Source: Anaerolineae bacterium
GTDB taxonomy: Bacteria > Chloroflexota > Anaerolineae > CG2-30-64-16
Direction of reading: 5' to 3'
DNA: 64,000 bases
Assembly (NCBI GenBank): GCA_040772005.1
Contig: JAXGYZ010000002.1
Span: forward strand, 101,546 to 165,545
Shown here: piece by piece, positions 53,081 through 62,004 of the stretch
How positions within the stretch are numbered: position 1 is the stretch's first letter
Layout: every line of letters begins with the position of its first letter
Translations under genes and position numbers: made by a program
Notes under the pieces: generated by a model
The model's database searches: none
Told to the model about the DNA's origin: nothing
What the model saw: the letters and a program-made list of their open reading frames with translations, nothing else

Positions 53081-53956
53081 TTGCCCACTGCCATGATATC
53101 CGGCTTTCGCACCGCCCCGCGCGAATCGCGCCTCATGCCCGTCACCAACTGGCTGGCGCGGCTGCCCTATTGGCTGCTGGCCGCGCTGCTGCTGGCGCTG
53201 GTCTTCCTCTTCGTGATGTTGAGTCGGGCCGATTACCGCGTGATCCTCAGCGCAGCGGCCAAGGGCATTGGCACGACGGTGTATGTGACCCTCATCGCAT
53301 ACCTGCTGGCCATGCTGGCGGGGCTGCTGATCGGGTTGATGCGCGTATCGAAGAACCGGCTGGCACGCGAGGTCTCATCGTTCTACGTCGAAATCGTGCG
53401 CGGCGTCCCCATGCTGGTCATCCTGTATTATATCGCCTTCGTGGGCGCGCCTGCGCTCGCAGCCGCACTGAGCTGGGCCGGCTCGACGCTGGTCGCGCTC
53501 ACCGGGTTGCCGGGCATCTTCGGACCCCTCGCCGGCATCCAGACGCGCGACCTGGATTTCACGTTCCGCGCGATCCTGGCGCTGACGCTGGGCTACAGCG
53601 CGTTCGTGGCCGAAATCTTCCGGGCGGGCATCGAGTCGATCGGCCGGGGACAGATGGAGGCGGCGCGCTCGGTGGGGATGAGCTACGGTCAGGCGATGCG
53701 TTATGTCATTCTGCCCCAGGCCGTGCGCAACGTCCTGCCGCCGCTGGGCAATGATTTCATCGCAATGCTGAAGGATTCGTCGCTCGTCTCCGTGCTGGGC
53801 GTGCAGGACATCACGCAGATCGGCAAGGTCTACTCCTCCAGCACCTTCCGCTTCTTTGAGACCTACAATGTCGTCGCGTTCCTCTACCTGATTATGACCG
53901 TGGGACTGGCGCTGCTCGTCCGCTGGCTCGAACGCCGGATGCCGGGGCGGGCCTGA
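53081..53956 (+). CDS. polar-amino-acid ABC transporter permease (HisM/GlnP-type)
   Basis: EAA-loop region typical of type-I importer permeases ([29 protein letters not shown]). The start may be the internal ATG at 53093. Confidence 0.7.
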   Translation: MPTAMISGFRTAPRESRLMPVTNWLARLPYWLLAALLLALVFLFVMLSRADYRVILSAAAKGIGTTVYVTLIAYLLAMLAGLLIGLMRVSKNRLAREVSSFYVEIVRGVPMLVILYYIAFVGAPALAAALSWAGSTLVALTGLPGIFGPLAGIQTRDLDFTFRAILALTLGYSAFVAEIFRAGIESIGRGQMEAARSVGMSYGQAMRYVILPQAVRNVLPPLGNDFIAMLKDSSLVSVLGVQDITQIGKVYSSSTFRFFETYNVVAFLYLIMTVGLALLVRWLERRMPGRA

Positions 53957-53979
53957 GAGCTAGCGCGGGCGGCAAATAC

Positions 53980-54049
53980 AACCACGCAATACGCGGACCA
54001 CGCGGAAAGATGATTTTTGTCTTCCGCGTGGTCCGCGTATTGCGTGGTT
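53980..54049. terminator. 28-bp perfect palindrome with an AT-rich loop between convergent genes (bidirectional terminator candidate)
   Basis: aaccacgcaatacgcggaccacgcggaa, loop agatgatttttgtc, then ttccgcgtggtccgcgtattgcgtggtt (exact reverse complement). Confidence 0.55.
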
Positions 54050-54053
54050 ATGC

Positions 54054-55868
54054 TTATAGCCACGTGCGCAATTGTGCGGTGGAACTCAAGGCCAGGTCTG
54101 CGTCCTCAAAGTCGCTCTCCGCGCCGAACCCGCACAACACCCCCACGGCCAGCGCACCGGCCAGCTTGGCCGCCTGCGTGACCGGCCTCGTATCAGCCAC
54201 CACGACGCACTGGTTCACCGGGATGCCCAACCGGTTGGCAGCCACCACCACCGCGGGCTGCGGGGGCCGTGTCCGCCGCTGGTCCTCGCGCGTGACAATT
54301 GCGCTGAACAACCCGCTCAACCCGCAGCGCGCCAGGAACGCGGCCACATCCTCCCGGCCGCGCGCAGTCACGATGCCCAGCCGGTAACTGCGCGCCAGGA
54401 TGCGCAGGGCATCGGGCGTGCCTGGCGTCACCGCAAAACTGGCGCGCAGTCGCGTGCCTGTGAAACGCCGCAAGGCCGGCTCCCATTGCTTTACGTAGGC
54501 CTCCAATTTGAGGTGGAACAGCAGGCTCAGGAAGCGGTTGACCCACCGCTCGCCGGCCATCATGCCCCGCCGCGCCAGCCGCCGGCGCTGCGGTTCGGAC
54601 AGGAAGTTCGACAGGAAGGCCAACCGGTGCGCCAATTCGCGTTCGCGCTCGTGGTCGATTTCCAGCAGCGTGCCGTCCAGGTCGAAGAGGATGCCGCGCA
54701 CCGGCGTCTGCTGCACGAGCGCAGGCCACTGCGCCGCGCGATTGCGCGTCGGGATCTCCGGCGGGAACGGCTCCATATCGAACAGCTTGCGGAAGATGTA
54801 ACCGATCAGCACGCGCAAGGCGGCTATCGTCGGCGCAGCCAGCAGAATGCCCAGCACGCCGCCCAGCTCGTTGCCCGCCAGCACGCCCAGGATAATCACC
54901 GCAGGATGCAGCCGCACGCGGCGCCCGACGATACGCGGCAGCAGATAGAGGTTTTCGACCTGCTGGATGGCGATATAGACGCCCATCACCAGGATGGCGA
55001 ACCAAAGACTCGGGATGGGCAGCCAGGTGGACCCGAGGAAGAGGGCAATCGCGACGCCGGGAATGGCCGCGAGGAATGGCCCGATTGCGGGCACGAACTC
55101 CATCAGGCCGGAGATCAGCCCCAGCACCGGCGCGTTGCGGACGCCCAGGATGGTCATGGCCAGCCAGACGACAATCCCGACGATGAAGCCGAGGATCAAC
55201 TGGCCGCGCACGAACGCGTCCCAGATATGGCACAGCTCGCGCCACAGCCGGCCCAATTCGGGCCGCCAGGGCGCCGGTACCTGCTCCGCAACGGCTTTGC
55301 CGATGACCGGCCCGTCACGGACGATATAGAAGGCCACGACGAGGATCAGGAAGGCCCAGAAAACGCCGTTGATGGCCCCGCGGACGACGCCGGCCGCGCC
55401 CGTTGCCACCGAGCCCAGGATGCTTTGCAGGCTTACGATGTTCGTGAACTCCGGGCCGATCAGCCCACGCAGCCATTCGTTGATCGGCTCGTAATAAGGC
55501 CCCAGGTCGATGCTCCACGACGGTGTAATCGTGATCGGCTTGGGGGTGGCCTCCAACAGTTCCTGGACGATGTTGACCAGGGTGTTGCCGAAGGCGGTCA
55601 GGGCGTTGACGAGCCAGGGTGTGATCGTCGCCGGCACGGTCAGCAGCAGGAGGACCACGATCAGCTCGGTGATGAAGACGACCGGTGTGCGGGGCCAGCC
55701 GCTGTTGCGAATGAAACGGTCAACCGGCAGCGACACGAGATACGCCAGCAGCAGCGTCAGGATGACAGGCGCGAGAATCACGCTCGTCCTGGTCAGCAGC
55801 CAGACTGCGGCAACGAGGACCAAGATGATGACGAGTTGCTTGAAGAAGGGATTCCAGCGCGTATTCAT
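54054..55868 (-). CDS. AI-2E (PerM/UPF0118) family transporter fused to a C-terminal HAD-superfamily hydrolase domain
   Basis: Start ATG 55868 (MNTRWNPFF). Eight-TM AI-2E core, then HAD motif I (ILFDLDGTLL) and later HAD motifs (GIVTARGRED ... VVVADT). Confidence 0.6.
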   Translation of the reverse strand: MNTRWNPFFKQLVIILVLVAAVWLLTRTSVILAPVILTLLLAYLVSLPVDRFIRNSGWPRTPVVFITELIVVLLLLTVPATITPWLVNALTAFGNTLVNIVQELLEATPKPITITPSWSIDLGPYYEPINEWLRGLIGPEFTNIVSLQSILGSVATGAAGVVRGAINGVFWAFLILVVAFYIVRDGPVIGKAVAEQVPAPWRPELGRLWRELCHIWDAFVRGQLILGFIVGIVVWLAMTILGVRNAPVLGLISGLMEFVPAIGPFLAAIPGVAIALFLGSTWLPIPSLWFAILVMGVYIAIQQVENLYLLPRIVGRRVRLHPAVIILGVLAGNELGGVLGILLAAPTIAALRVLIGYIFRKLFDMEPFPPEIPTRNRAAQWPALVQQTPVRGILFDLDGTLLEIDHERERELAHRLAFLSNFLSEPQRRRLARRGMMAGERWVNRFLSLLFHLKLEAYVKQWEPALRRFTGTRLRASFAVTPGTPDALRILARSYRLGIVTARGREDVAAFLARCGLSGLFSAIVTREDQRRTRPPQPAVVVAANRLGIPVNQCVVVADTRPVTQAAKLAGALAVGVLCGFGAESDFEDADLALSSTAQLRTWL

Positions 55869-56018
55869 CGGTATTGGCTCCGCCCGAAGTCCCATCTTAC
55901 CATATCTGGCCGCGCGTATTCAAAGAAATCGGTGACGGCTATTAAAGACCAGACCGCCGTGACAAGCATGTGTTGTCACGGCGGTCCCGAAGCAGTGCTA
56001 CAGCGCGACCGACCGTCA

Positions 56019-56642
56019 CTAGCGCAGCAAGCCGACCTCGTCCAGGGGCCAATAGCGCACCAGCGCGCGCCCGATGATCTGATCCAGCGACACCGGGCCG
56101 AACGTGCGCGAGTCCCGGCTGGCCGACCGGTTGTCGCCCATCACGAACACGGTCAGCGGCGGCACGACCCATGAACGGCCCCCGCCGAGCGTATCCTGGT
56201 CGAGGTACGGCTCGTCGAGCGGCACGCCGTCGATGAACACGCGGCCATCTGCGACAGTCACGCGCTCACCGGGGAGGCCCACGACGCGTTTAATAAGCAG
56301 CTCCGGGCTGCCGCCAGGGTCATGGAGCACCACGACATCCCCGCGCCGCGGCCCGTGGAAGTGATAGGACAGCTTCTCGATGACGAGCCGCTCGTTCGTG
56401 TGCAGGTTGGGCTCCATGCTCTGGCCGTAGACGCGTGTGGCCTGGGCCAGGAATACATGGATGAGCAGCGCAATGATGATAGCGGGCACGATTGTGCCCA
56501 TCACATCGCGCAGCATCGCTTTGAACCAGCCGTCGCCTGCCGGGCGGGCCGGCCCAGGGGCCGGTCCGTCCACGACAGGGGCAGTGGTCGTCGCCGCCTC
56601 CGGAGCGTTGGGCTCCGGCGCTTGAGACGTCGCTTGATCCAT
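56019..56642 (-). CDS. lepB: signal peptidase I (LepB)
   Basis: Catalytic Ser box (IPSGSMEPNL-like: GQSMEPNL), Lys box (RGDVVV) and the C-terminal GDNRSASRDSR motif. Confidence 0.7.
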   Translation of the reverse strand: MDQATSQAPEPNAPEAATTTAPVVDGPAPGPARPAGDGWFKAMLRDVMGTIVPAIIIALLIHVFLAQATRVYGQSMEPNLHTNERLVIEKLSYHFHGPRRGDVVVLHDPGGSPELLIKRVVGLPGERVTVADGRVFIDGVPLDEPYLDQDTLGGGRSWVVPPLTVFVMGDNRSASRDSRTFGPVSLDQIIGRALVRYWPLDEVGLLR

Positions 56643-56665
56643 TGCCTTTTCCCGAAAGTCAGGTT

Positions 56666-58900
56666 TTACCGCCGCGGTCTGCCGCGATCCCCGCTCCGGT
56701 CGTTGAACCGGCTGCCGCCGCGGTCGCCGCCGCTGCGTGGGCCGCGATCGCCGCTCGGCCGGCCGCCGCTGGAGCCGCGGTCACGCTCGCGCGCTTCTTC
56801 GACGCTCCAGCCTTCCATGACTGCCTGGCGGCTCAACCGGATCTTGCCGGACGGATCGATGTCCGTCACCATCACCGTGATTTCGTCGCCCAACTGCACG
56901 ACTTCCTCGACGCTCGGCACGCGGTAGTCGGCCAACTGGGAGATGTGCACCATACCGTCCTGGCCGGGCGCGATCTCGACGAACGCGCCGTAGGACTCGA
57001 TGCGCACGACCTTGCCCGTGTAGATGCGGCCGAGCTTGATTTCCTCGGTCATCTTCTCGATCTCGGTCAGGGCCTGCTCGGCACCGATGCCCTCGGCACC
57101 GGAGACGAACACGGAGCCGTCATCCTCGATGTCGATCTTGACGCCGTACTGCTCCTGCAGGCTGCGAATCATTTTGCCGCCGGGGCCGATGACCTTGCCG
57201 ATCTTCTCCGGATCGATGTGGGTCGTCAGGATGCGCGGGGCATGGACGGACAGGCTGCGGCGCGCCTCAGGCAGCACGGCCAGCATCTTGTCCAGGATGA
57301 ACAGGCGGCCCTGGAGCGCCTGGGCCAGCGCCTCTTCGAGAATCTGGAAGGTCAGGCCGTGGATCTTGATGTCCATCTGCAGCGCGGTAATGCCGTGCGC
57401 CGTGCCCGCCACCTTGAAGTCCATGTCGCCGAGGTGGTCCTCGATGCCCTGGATGTCGCTCAGGATGGCGTAGCGCAGGCTTGCGCTGGTTACGTCACCA
57501 TCCGTCACAAGGCCCATCGCGATGCCGGCGACCGGCGCCTTGATCGGCACGCCCGCATCCATGAGCGCCAGCGTGCTGCCGCAGACGGAGGCCATCGAGG
57601 TCGAGCCGTTGGAGGACAGCGCCTCAGACACGAGCCGCAGCGTGTACGGGAAGGATTCCTGCGCCGGGATCATCGGTTCGAGCGCGCGTTCGGCCAGCGC
57701 GCCGTGGCCGATTTCGCGGCGCCGCGGGCCGCGGTTGGGCGCCACTTCGCCCGTCGAGAAGGGCGGGAAGTTGTAGTGGTGCATGTAGCGCTTGGATTCT
57801 TCGGGGCTGAGCGTGTCCAGCGATTGCGCATCGCCCGGCGTGCCGAGCGTCGCCACGGTCAGGACCTGGGTTTCGCCGCGGGTGAACAGGCCGCTGCCAT
57901 GCACGCGCGGGAGGACCCCCACCTCGACCGTGATGGGCCGGATTTCCGTGTATGCGCGCTCGTCCGGGCGCACCTTGTCGCCGAGGATGCGGTCGCGCAC
58001 GACCTTCTTCTCGATGCTGTCGAACGCCGATGCCAGTGCCTTCGGGTCGTAGGTCTCGCCCAGCGCGGCGACCAGTTCGGTGTGCAGCGCCTTCATCGCG
58101 GCGGACTGCGCCTGCTTGGCGAGCGGCTGCGAGAAGATGTCGCGCATGCGGCTGCCGATCCAGGTCGAGACCGCTTCCTCGACGACCGGGTCGCTGGCGA
58201 ACGCGGTGTACTCGAACTTGGGCTTGCCGATTTCGGCGCGCATGCGGTTCTGCAGCTCGATGATCGGCTGCATGGCCTCATGGCCCAGCCGCAGCGCCTC
58301 GAGCATCATGTCCTCGGGCAGCTCGTCTGCGCCCGCTTCGACCATCAGGATGGCATCGGCGGTGCCGGCCATGCGCAGGTCGAGCGTGCTCGCGGCCATC
58401 TGCGGGACGGTCGGGTTGATGATGAACTCGCCATCCACAAAGCCTACGCGCACTGCGCCGATGGGCCCGTCCCACGGGATATCGGAGATGGTGACCGCGG
58501 CGCTGGCCGCGATGATGCCGAGGATGTCCAGGTGGAGCTCAGGATCGCGGGCCATCGCGGTGACGATGACCTGCACCTCATTGCGCATGTCCTTCGGGAA
58601 GAGCGGGCGCAACGGACGGTCGATCAGCCGGGAAACCAGGATGGCCTGGTCGCTGGGGCGGCCTTCGCGGCGCATGAAGCTGCCAGGGATGCGGCCCGCG
58701 GCGTAGAGGCGTTCCTCGAAGTCCACGCTGAGCGGGAAGAAGTCGATGCCCTCGCGGGGCGCTGCACCACACACCGTGCCCAGCACGAGCGAGTCGCCGG
58801 AGCGCACCGTGACGGCGCCCCCGGCCAGCTTCGCCAGGCTGCCGCTCTCGATGATAATCTCGCGGCCGCCGACGGTGACGCTGTAAGAATGTTTCTGCAT
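56666..58900 (-). CDS. pnp: polyribonucleotide nucleotidyltransferase (PNPase), with a C-terminal Arg/Gly-rich tail
   Basis: Two RNase PH domains, KH and S1 domains (canonical motifs FPPFSTGE; [11 protein letters not shown]). C-terminal [24 protein letters not shown] tail. Confidence 0.9.
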   Translation of the reverse strand: MQKHSYSVTVGGREIIIESGSLAKLAGGAVTVRSGDSLVLGTVCGAAPREGIDFFPLSVDFEERLYAAGRIPGSFMRREGRPSDQAILVSRLIDRPLRPLFPKDMRNEVQVIVTAMARDPELHLDILGIIAASAAVTISDIPWDGPIGAVRVGFVDGEFIINPTVPQMAASTLDLRMAGTADAILMVEAGADELPEDMMLEALRLGHEAMQPIIELQNRMRAEIGKPKFEYTAFASDPVVEEAVSTWIGSRMRDIFSQPLAKQAQSAAMKALHTELVAALGETYDPKALASAFDSIEKKVVRDRILGDKVRPDERAYTEIRPITVEVGVLPRVHGSGLFTRGETQVLTVATLGTPGDAQSLDTLSPEESKRYMHHYNFPPFSTGEVAPNRGPRRREIGHGALAERALEPMIPAQESFPYTLRLVSEALSSNGSTSMASVCGSTLALMDAGVPIKAPVAGIAMGLVTDGDVTSASLRYAILSDIQGIEDHLGDMDFKVAGTAHGITALQMDIKIHGLTFQILEEALAQALQGRLFILDKMLAVLPEARRSLSVHAPRILTTHIDPEKIGKVIGPGGKMIRSLQEQYGVKIDIEDDGSVFVSGAEGIGAEQALTEIEKMTEEIKLGRIYTGKVVRIESYGAFVEIAPGQDGMVHISQLADYRVPSVEEVVQLGDEITVMVTDIDPSGKIRLSRQAVMEGWSVEEARERDRGSSGGRPSGDRGPRSGGDRGGSRFNDRSGDRGRPRR

Positions 58901-59149
58901 GTTAACCCTTTACCTCTCTGTGATATTGTGCCGGAGAGGTTCAGGGACTGGGGAGTGCTGTCGAAGTCGTTGCTGCGGAGCTTACGCGCTACGCGCCGGC
59001 GTGTAAGCTCCGCAGGAGCGACGCCCTCGACCCCACTCCCCAATTCCTGCGCCTCTCAACGGCGGTGCCCTCACTTTGTTCGAGTCTATGCGCTGTAGCT
59101 TCGCTACAGCCTGTAGAACCAGAGCTCAGTTAAGGCTTGACACTAAATG

Positions 59150-59186
59150 CCAAACGAGTAGATACGACAGATCGTATCTACTCGTC
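59150..59186 (-). terminator. rpsO terminator / pnp-leader attenuator hairpin
   Basis: cgagtagatacga-cagat-cgtatctactcg (12-13-bp stem) followed on the minus strand by UUUGGCAUUU. The pnp leader also contains the hairpin ctgtagc-ttcg-ctacag at 59094-59110 and a long imperfect inverted repeat at 58950-59045. Confidence 0.5.
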
Positions 59187-59231
59187 CATAGTACGGCTTA
59201 CGATGTGCGCTTATGCGATGCAATCTGAGCG

Positions 59232-59501
59232 TTATTTCCGCAAGCCCAGCCGCACAATCAGTTCCTTGTAGCGATCGGGGTCCTTTGCGCTGAGGTACGC
59301 CAGATGGCGGCGGCGCTGGCCGACCAGCTTGAGCAAGCCGCGGCGAGAAGATTGATCCTGCTTGTGCGTCTTCAGATGATCAATCAGCGAGTTGATGCGA
59401 GTCGTGAGAATCGCAACCTGCACCTCAGGCGACCCCGTATCACTGTCGTGTACGTGGTATTCCTGAATGATGGCATCCTTTTCGTTCTTCGACAGAGCCA
59501 T
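59232..59501 (-). CDS. rpsO: 30S ribosomal protein S15
   Basis: [15 protein letters not shown] ... [17 protein letters not shown] ... [29 protein letters not shown]; 89 aa from ATG 59501. Confidence 0.85.
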   Translation of the reverse strand: MALSKNEKDAIIQEYHVHDSDTGSPEVQVAILTTRINSLIDHLKTHKQDQSSRRGLLKLVGQRRRHLAYLSAKDPDRYKELIVRLGLRK

Positions 59502-59642
59502 GGAACACACTCCTTAATGGATGTGACCGAGACACCGCTGGAATACCGAGGCGCATGTCCCAGTCGGGCATTACGGGTTGGAGTATATCACGGGAGACGG
59601 AATGGAGCAAGTTAGGGCTGCGCTTCTGCCGCAGGGCCGGTT

Positions 59643-60452
59643 TCAGAGCCGGGCATAGCGGTCGAAGCCGCCCTCGCTGGCAATGGTCTGGCCGGTAATC
59701 CAGCGCGCGTGGTCGCTGTGGAGGAACTGTACGAGCCGCGCCGCGTCATCCGGCAGCCCCCAGCGGCCGGCGGGGAACAGCCGTGTGACCTCGTCGTAGA
59801 CCGGGCCGGTCAGGTAGCCGGTGTCCGTGGGCCCCGGATTAATACAGTTCACCCGGATCTGCCGGGGCGCCAGCGCCGCGGCGGCCTGGCTGCACAACCC
59901 CCGGATGGCTTCCTTCGACACGGCATACGCAATCTCCGAGATCATCGGCCCGAGATACTGCCCGCTGGTGAACAGGGTGATGGCCCCGCCCGCCGCGGCG
60001 ATCTGCCCGGCAAAGGCCTGGATCATCAGCATGGCCGCGCGCACGTTGACAGCCAGGTGCGCATCGATGTGTTCGGCGGTCCAATCACCCAGCGGCGCAT
60101 GGGTGGAATAGGCGTGGTTGAGCACCAGGCCGTCCAGGCTGCCCAACCGGGCAGCGGCTTCGGCCACCACCCGCGCGGGTGCGTCGGGCTGTGCCAGGTC
60201 GGAAGGCGTCAGTGCGACGACCGTCAGCCCCGCCGCCGCCAGCTCCGCAACGAAGTCGTGCGTCCAGTCCTGTGCCGCATCGGGGTACTGCAATGCGGCA
60301 TCGTAGTCTGCATGGCCGTGGACCGCAACCGCTGCCCCGGCCGCTGCGCAGCGCCGGGCGATGGCCGCACCGATGCCCAGCGACCGGCTCACACCGGTGA
60401 CGAGGATGTGCCGGCCCTGCAACGACAGGGAAGTATTCGTATCGTGTTCCAC
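59643..60452 (-). CDS. short-chain dehydrogenase/reductase (SDR) family oxidoreductase
   Basis: TGVSRSLGIGAAIA (TGxxxGIG cofactor motif) and the Ser-Tyr-Lys catalytic triad region (YAVSKEA). Confidence 0.7.
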   Translation of the reverse strand: MEHDTNTSLSLQGRHILVTGVSRSLGIGAAIARRCAAAGAAVAVHGHADYDAALQYPDAAQDWTHDFVAELAAAGLTVVALTPSDLAQPDAPARVVAEAAARLGSLDGLVLNHAYSTHAPLGDWTAEHIDAHLAVNVRAAMLMIQAFAGQIAAAGGAITLFTSGQYLGPMISEIAYAVSKEAIRGLCSQAAAALAPRQIRVNCINPGPTDTGYLTGPVYDEVTRLFPAGRWGLPDDAARLVQFLHSDHARWITGQTIASEGGFDRYARL

Positions 60453-60453
60453 T

Positions 60454-60592
60454 AAACCGACTCCAGAGTGAGTACCGCAGTCAGAACTGAGACAGGATTA
60501 ACAGGATTGACGGGATTACTCCTGTAAATCCTGTCAATCCTGTCCAGAATCGCCTCTGGTTTTCACATTGGACTGAGTATAGAACGTTGCCA
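60454..60592 (+). repeat. about 139-bp structured repeat element, copy B (direct orientation), 15 nt 3' of the rlmD-like gene
   Basis: More than 90% identical to 23920-24058, including the (GACAGGATT)3/(AATCCTGTC)3 hairpin and the CCAGAG ... CTCTGG-TTTT outer stem. Confidence 0.7.
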
Positions 60593-60606
60593 TTCTTAAA
60601 CGATTT

Positions 60607-61860
60607 CTAGACCCGTTCGATTTTGACGACGCACTCGACGTGAAATGTCTGCGGGAACAGGTCCACCGGCTGCACCTCGACGATGCGATAGCCGGCCGCG
60701 TGCAGATGCTCGACATCGCGGGCCAGGCTGGCCGGGTCACACGAGATGTAGACCATGCGCCGCGGGCCGAGCGCAGCGAGGTCGCGCAGCACCGCCGGCC
60801 CGGCCCCCGCGCGCGGCGGGTCCAGGATCACCAGGTCGGCGCGCTGCCCCCCGGCCAGCAGTGCGGGCAGCACCTCTTCGACCGCGCCCTCGTGGAGGCT
60901 GGCGTTGAGCAGCTTACCTGCATTGAAGGCGAAATCCTCGCATGCGGAGGGAGATCCCTCGATGCCGATGACCTCTGCCACTTGCCCGGCCAGCGCCAGC
61001 GCAAACAGGCCCGCGCCGCAGTATGCATCCAGCAGGATGTCGCCCGGCTGCGGGTCCGCGTAGGCGGTCACGATATCTACGAGCGCGGCCGCCGCGGCCG
61101 TGTTGACCTGGAAGAAGCTCTCCGCGGAGACGCGATAGTGCCGCCCGTTGACTTCTTCCGTGATGAACGGCTCGCCAATCAGCGGGCGCAGGCCGGCCGG
61201 CGTCTTGAGCGCGCAGGCCGCGGGCAGGTCCAGCTCCAGTTCCAGCGCCTCATCGCCCGCAGTCTCGAACAGGATCAGCGCATCGCCGGTGTTCAGCCCC
61301 GCGCGCAGGCTCACGCCCGTCAGTGCGGGTTCAGCCAGGTCGAGCGCCGCGTGCAGCTCGTCCAGCCGGTCTGCCAGGAGCAGGCAGCGGTCCACCGCGA
61401 TGAGGTCGTGCGAGGCCGTGCGGCGGAAGCTCAACCGGCCCTCTGCATCCAGCGCGAACTGCGCATGGTTACGGTAGCCGTAGTCGAGGAAACGACTCTC
61501 GTCGGCAGGGTCGGCCATCACTACGATGTCCGCCACCGGCGGGTCGGCGAGGCGACCCAGGCGGCGGAGCTGGTCGGTGACGATGGCCTGCTTGAGCTCG
61601 GCCTGGCGCTCGTACCGGATGTGCTGCCACTGGCAGCCGCCACACTGGCCGGGGCCGAAATAGGGGCAGGGCGGCTCGATGCGGTCGGGGCTGGCCGCCA
61701 GCACTTCGACCAGGCGGCCGCGCGCCCAACGCTCCTTCTCCTCGACGACCTCGACGCGCACGCGCTCGCCGGGGACAGTGTAGGGGACAAACACGGCCTT
61801 GCCCTGGTGGCGGCCGATGCCTTCGCCGCCGTGCGCCATCGCGTCAATCAAAATGTCCAC
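60607..61860 (-). CDS. rlmD: TRAM-domain RNA (uracil-5)-methyltransferase, RlmD/RumA family
   Basis: N-terminal TRAM domain, a 4Fe-4S cysteine cluster (CPYFGPGQCGGCQWQH) and a SAM-MTase core (LLDAYCGAGLFAL ... ILDPPRAG) with the catalytic Cys near the C-terminus (VYISCDP). Confidence 0.7.
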   Translation of the reverse strand: MDILIDAMAHGGEGIGRHQGKAVFVPYTVPGERVRVEVVEEKERWARGRLVEVLAASPDRIEPPCPYFGPGQCGGCQWQHIRYERQAELKQAIVTDQLRRLGRLADPPVADIVVMADPADESRFLDYGYRNHAQFALDAEGRLSFRRTASHDLIAVDRCLLLADRLDELHAALDLAEPALTGVSLRAGLNTGDALILFETAGDEALELELDLPAACALKTPAGLRPLIGEPFITEEVNGRHYRVSAESFFQVNTAAAAALVDIVTAYADPQPGDILLDAYCGAGLFALALAGQVAEVIGIEGSPSACEDFAFNAGKLLNASLHEGAVEEVLPALLAGGQRADLVILDPPRAGAGPAVLRDLAALGPRRMVYISCDPASLARDVEHLHAAGYRIVEVQPVDLFPQTFHVECVVKIERV

Positions 61861-61873
61861 GTTATTGGGCCCT

Positions 61874-62002
61874 CTATACTCAGTCCAATGTGAAAACCAG
61901 AGACGATTCTGGACAGGATTGACAGGATTTACAGGAGTAATCCCGTCAATCCTGTCAATCCTGTCTCAGTTCTGACCGCGGTACTCACTCTGGAATCGGT
62001 TT
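61874..62002 (-). repeat. about 139-bp structured repeat element, copy C (inverted orientation), 14 nt 5' of the rlmD-like gene
   Basis: The reverse complement matches copies A and B. Together with copy B it brackets the rlmD-like gene as an inverted pair. Confidence 0.7.
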
Positions 62003-62004
62003 TC

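Noticed and set aside
10566-53092. Possible CRISPR arrays, because of the short tandem repeats
   Set aside because: The repeat units are 7-9 nt with no unique spacers. The arrays are palindromic (an arm plus its reverse-complement arm) rather than direct repeat-spacer arrays, and no cas genes are present.
54072-56174. 700-aa plus-strand ORF overlapping the AI-2E/HAD gene and lepB on the opposite strand
   Set aside because: Shadow ORF spanning two well-supported minus-strand genes. Extremely Arg/Asp/Gln-rich with no domains.
56642-59098. 818-aa plus-strand ORF antisense to pnp
   Set aside because: Antisense to an unambiguous PNPase gene. The composition (R/A/G/D runs) is the usual high-GC shadow ORF.
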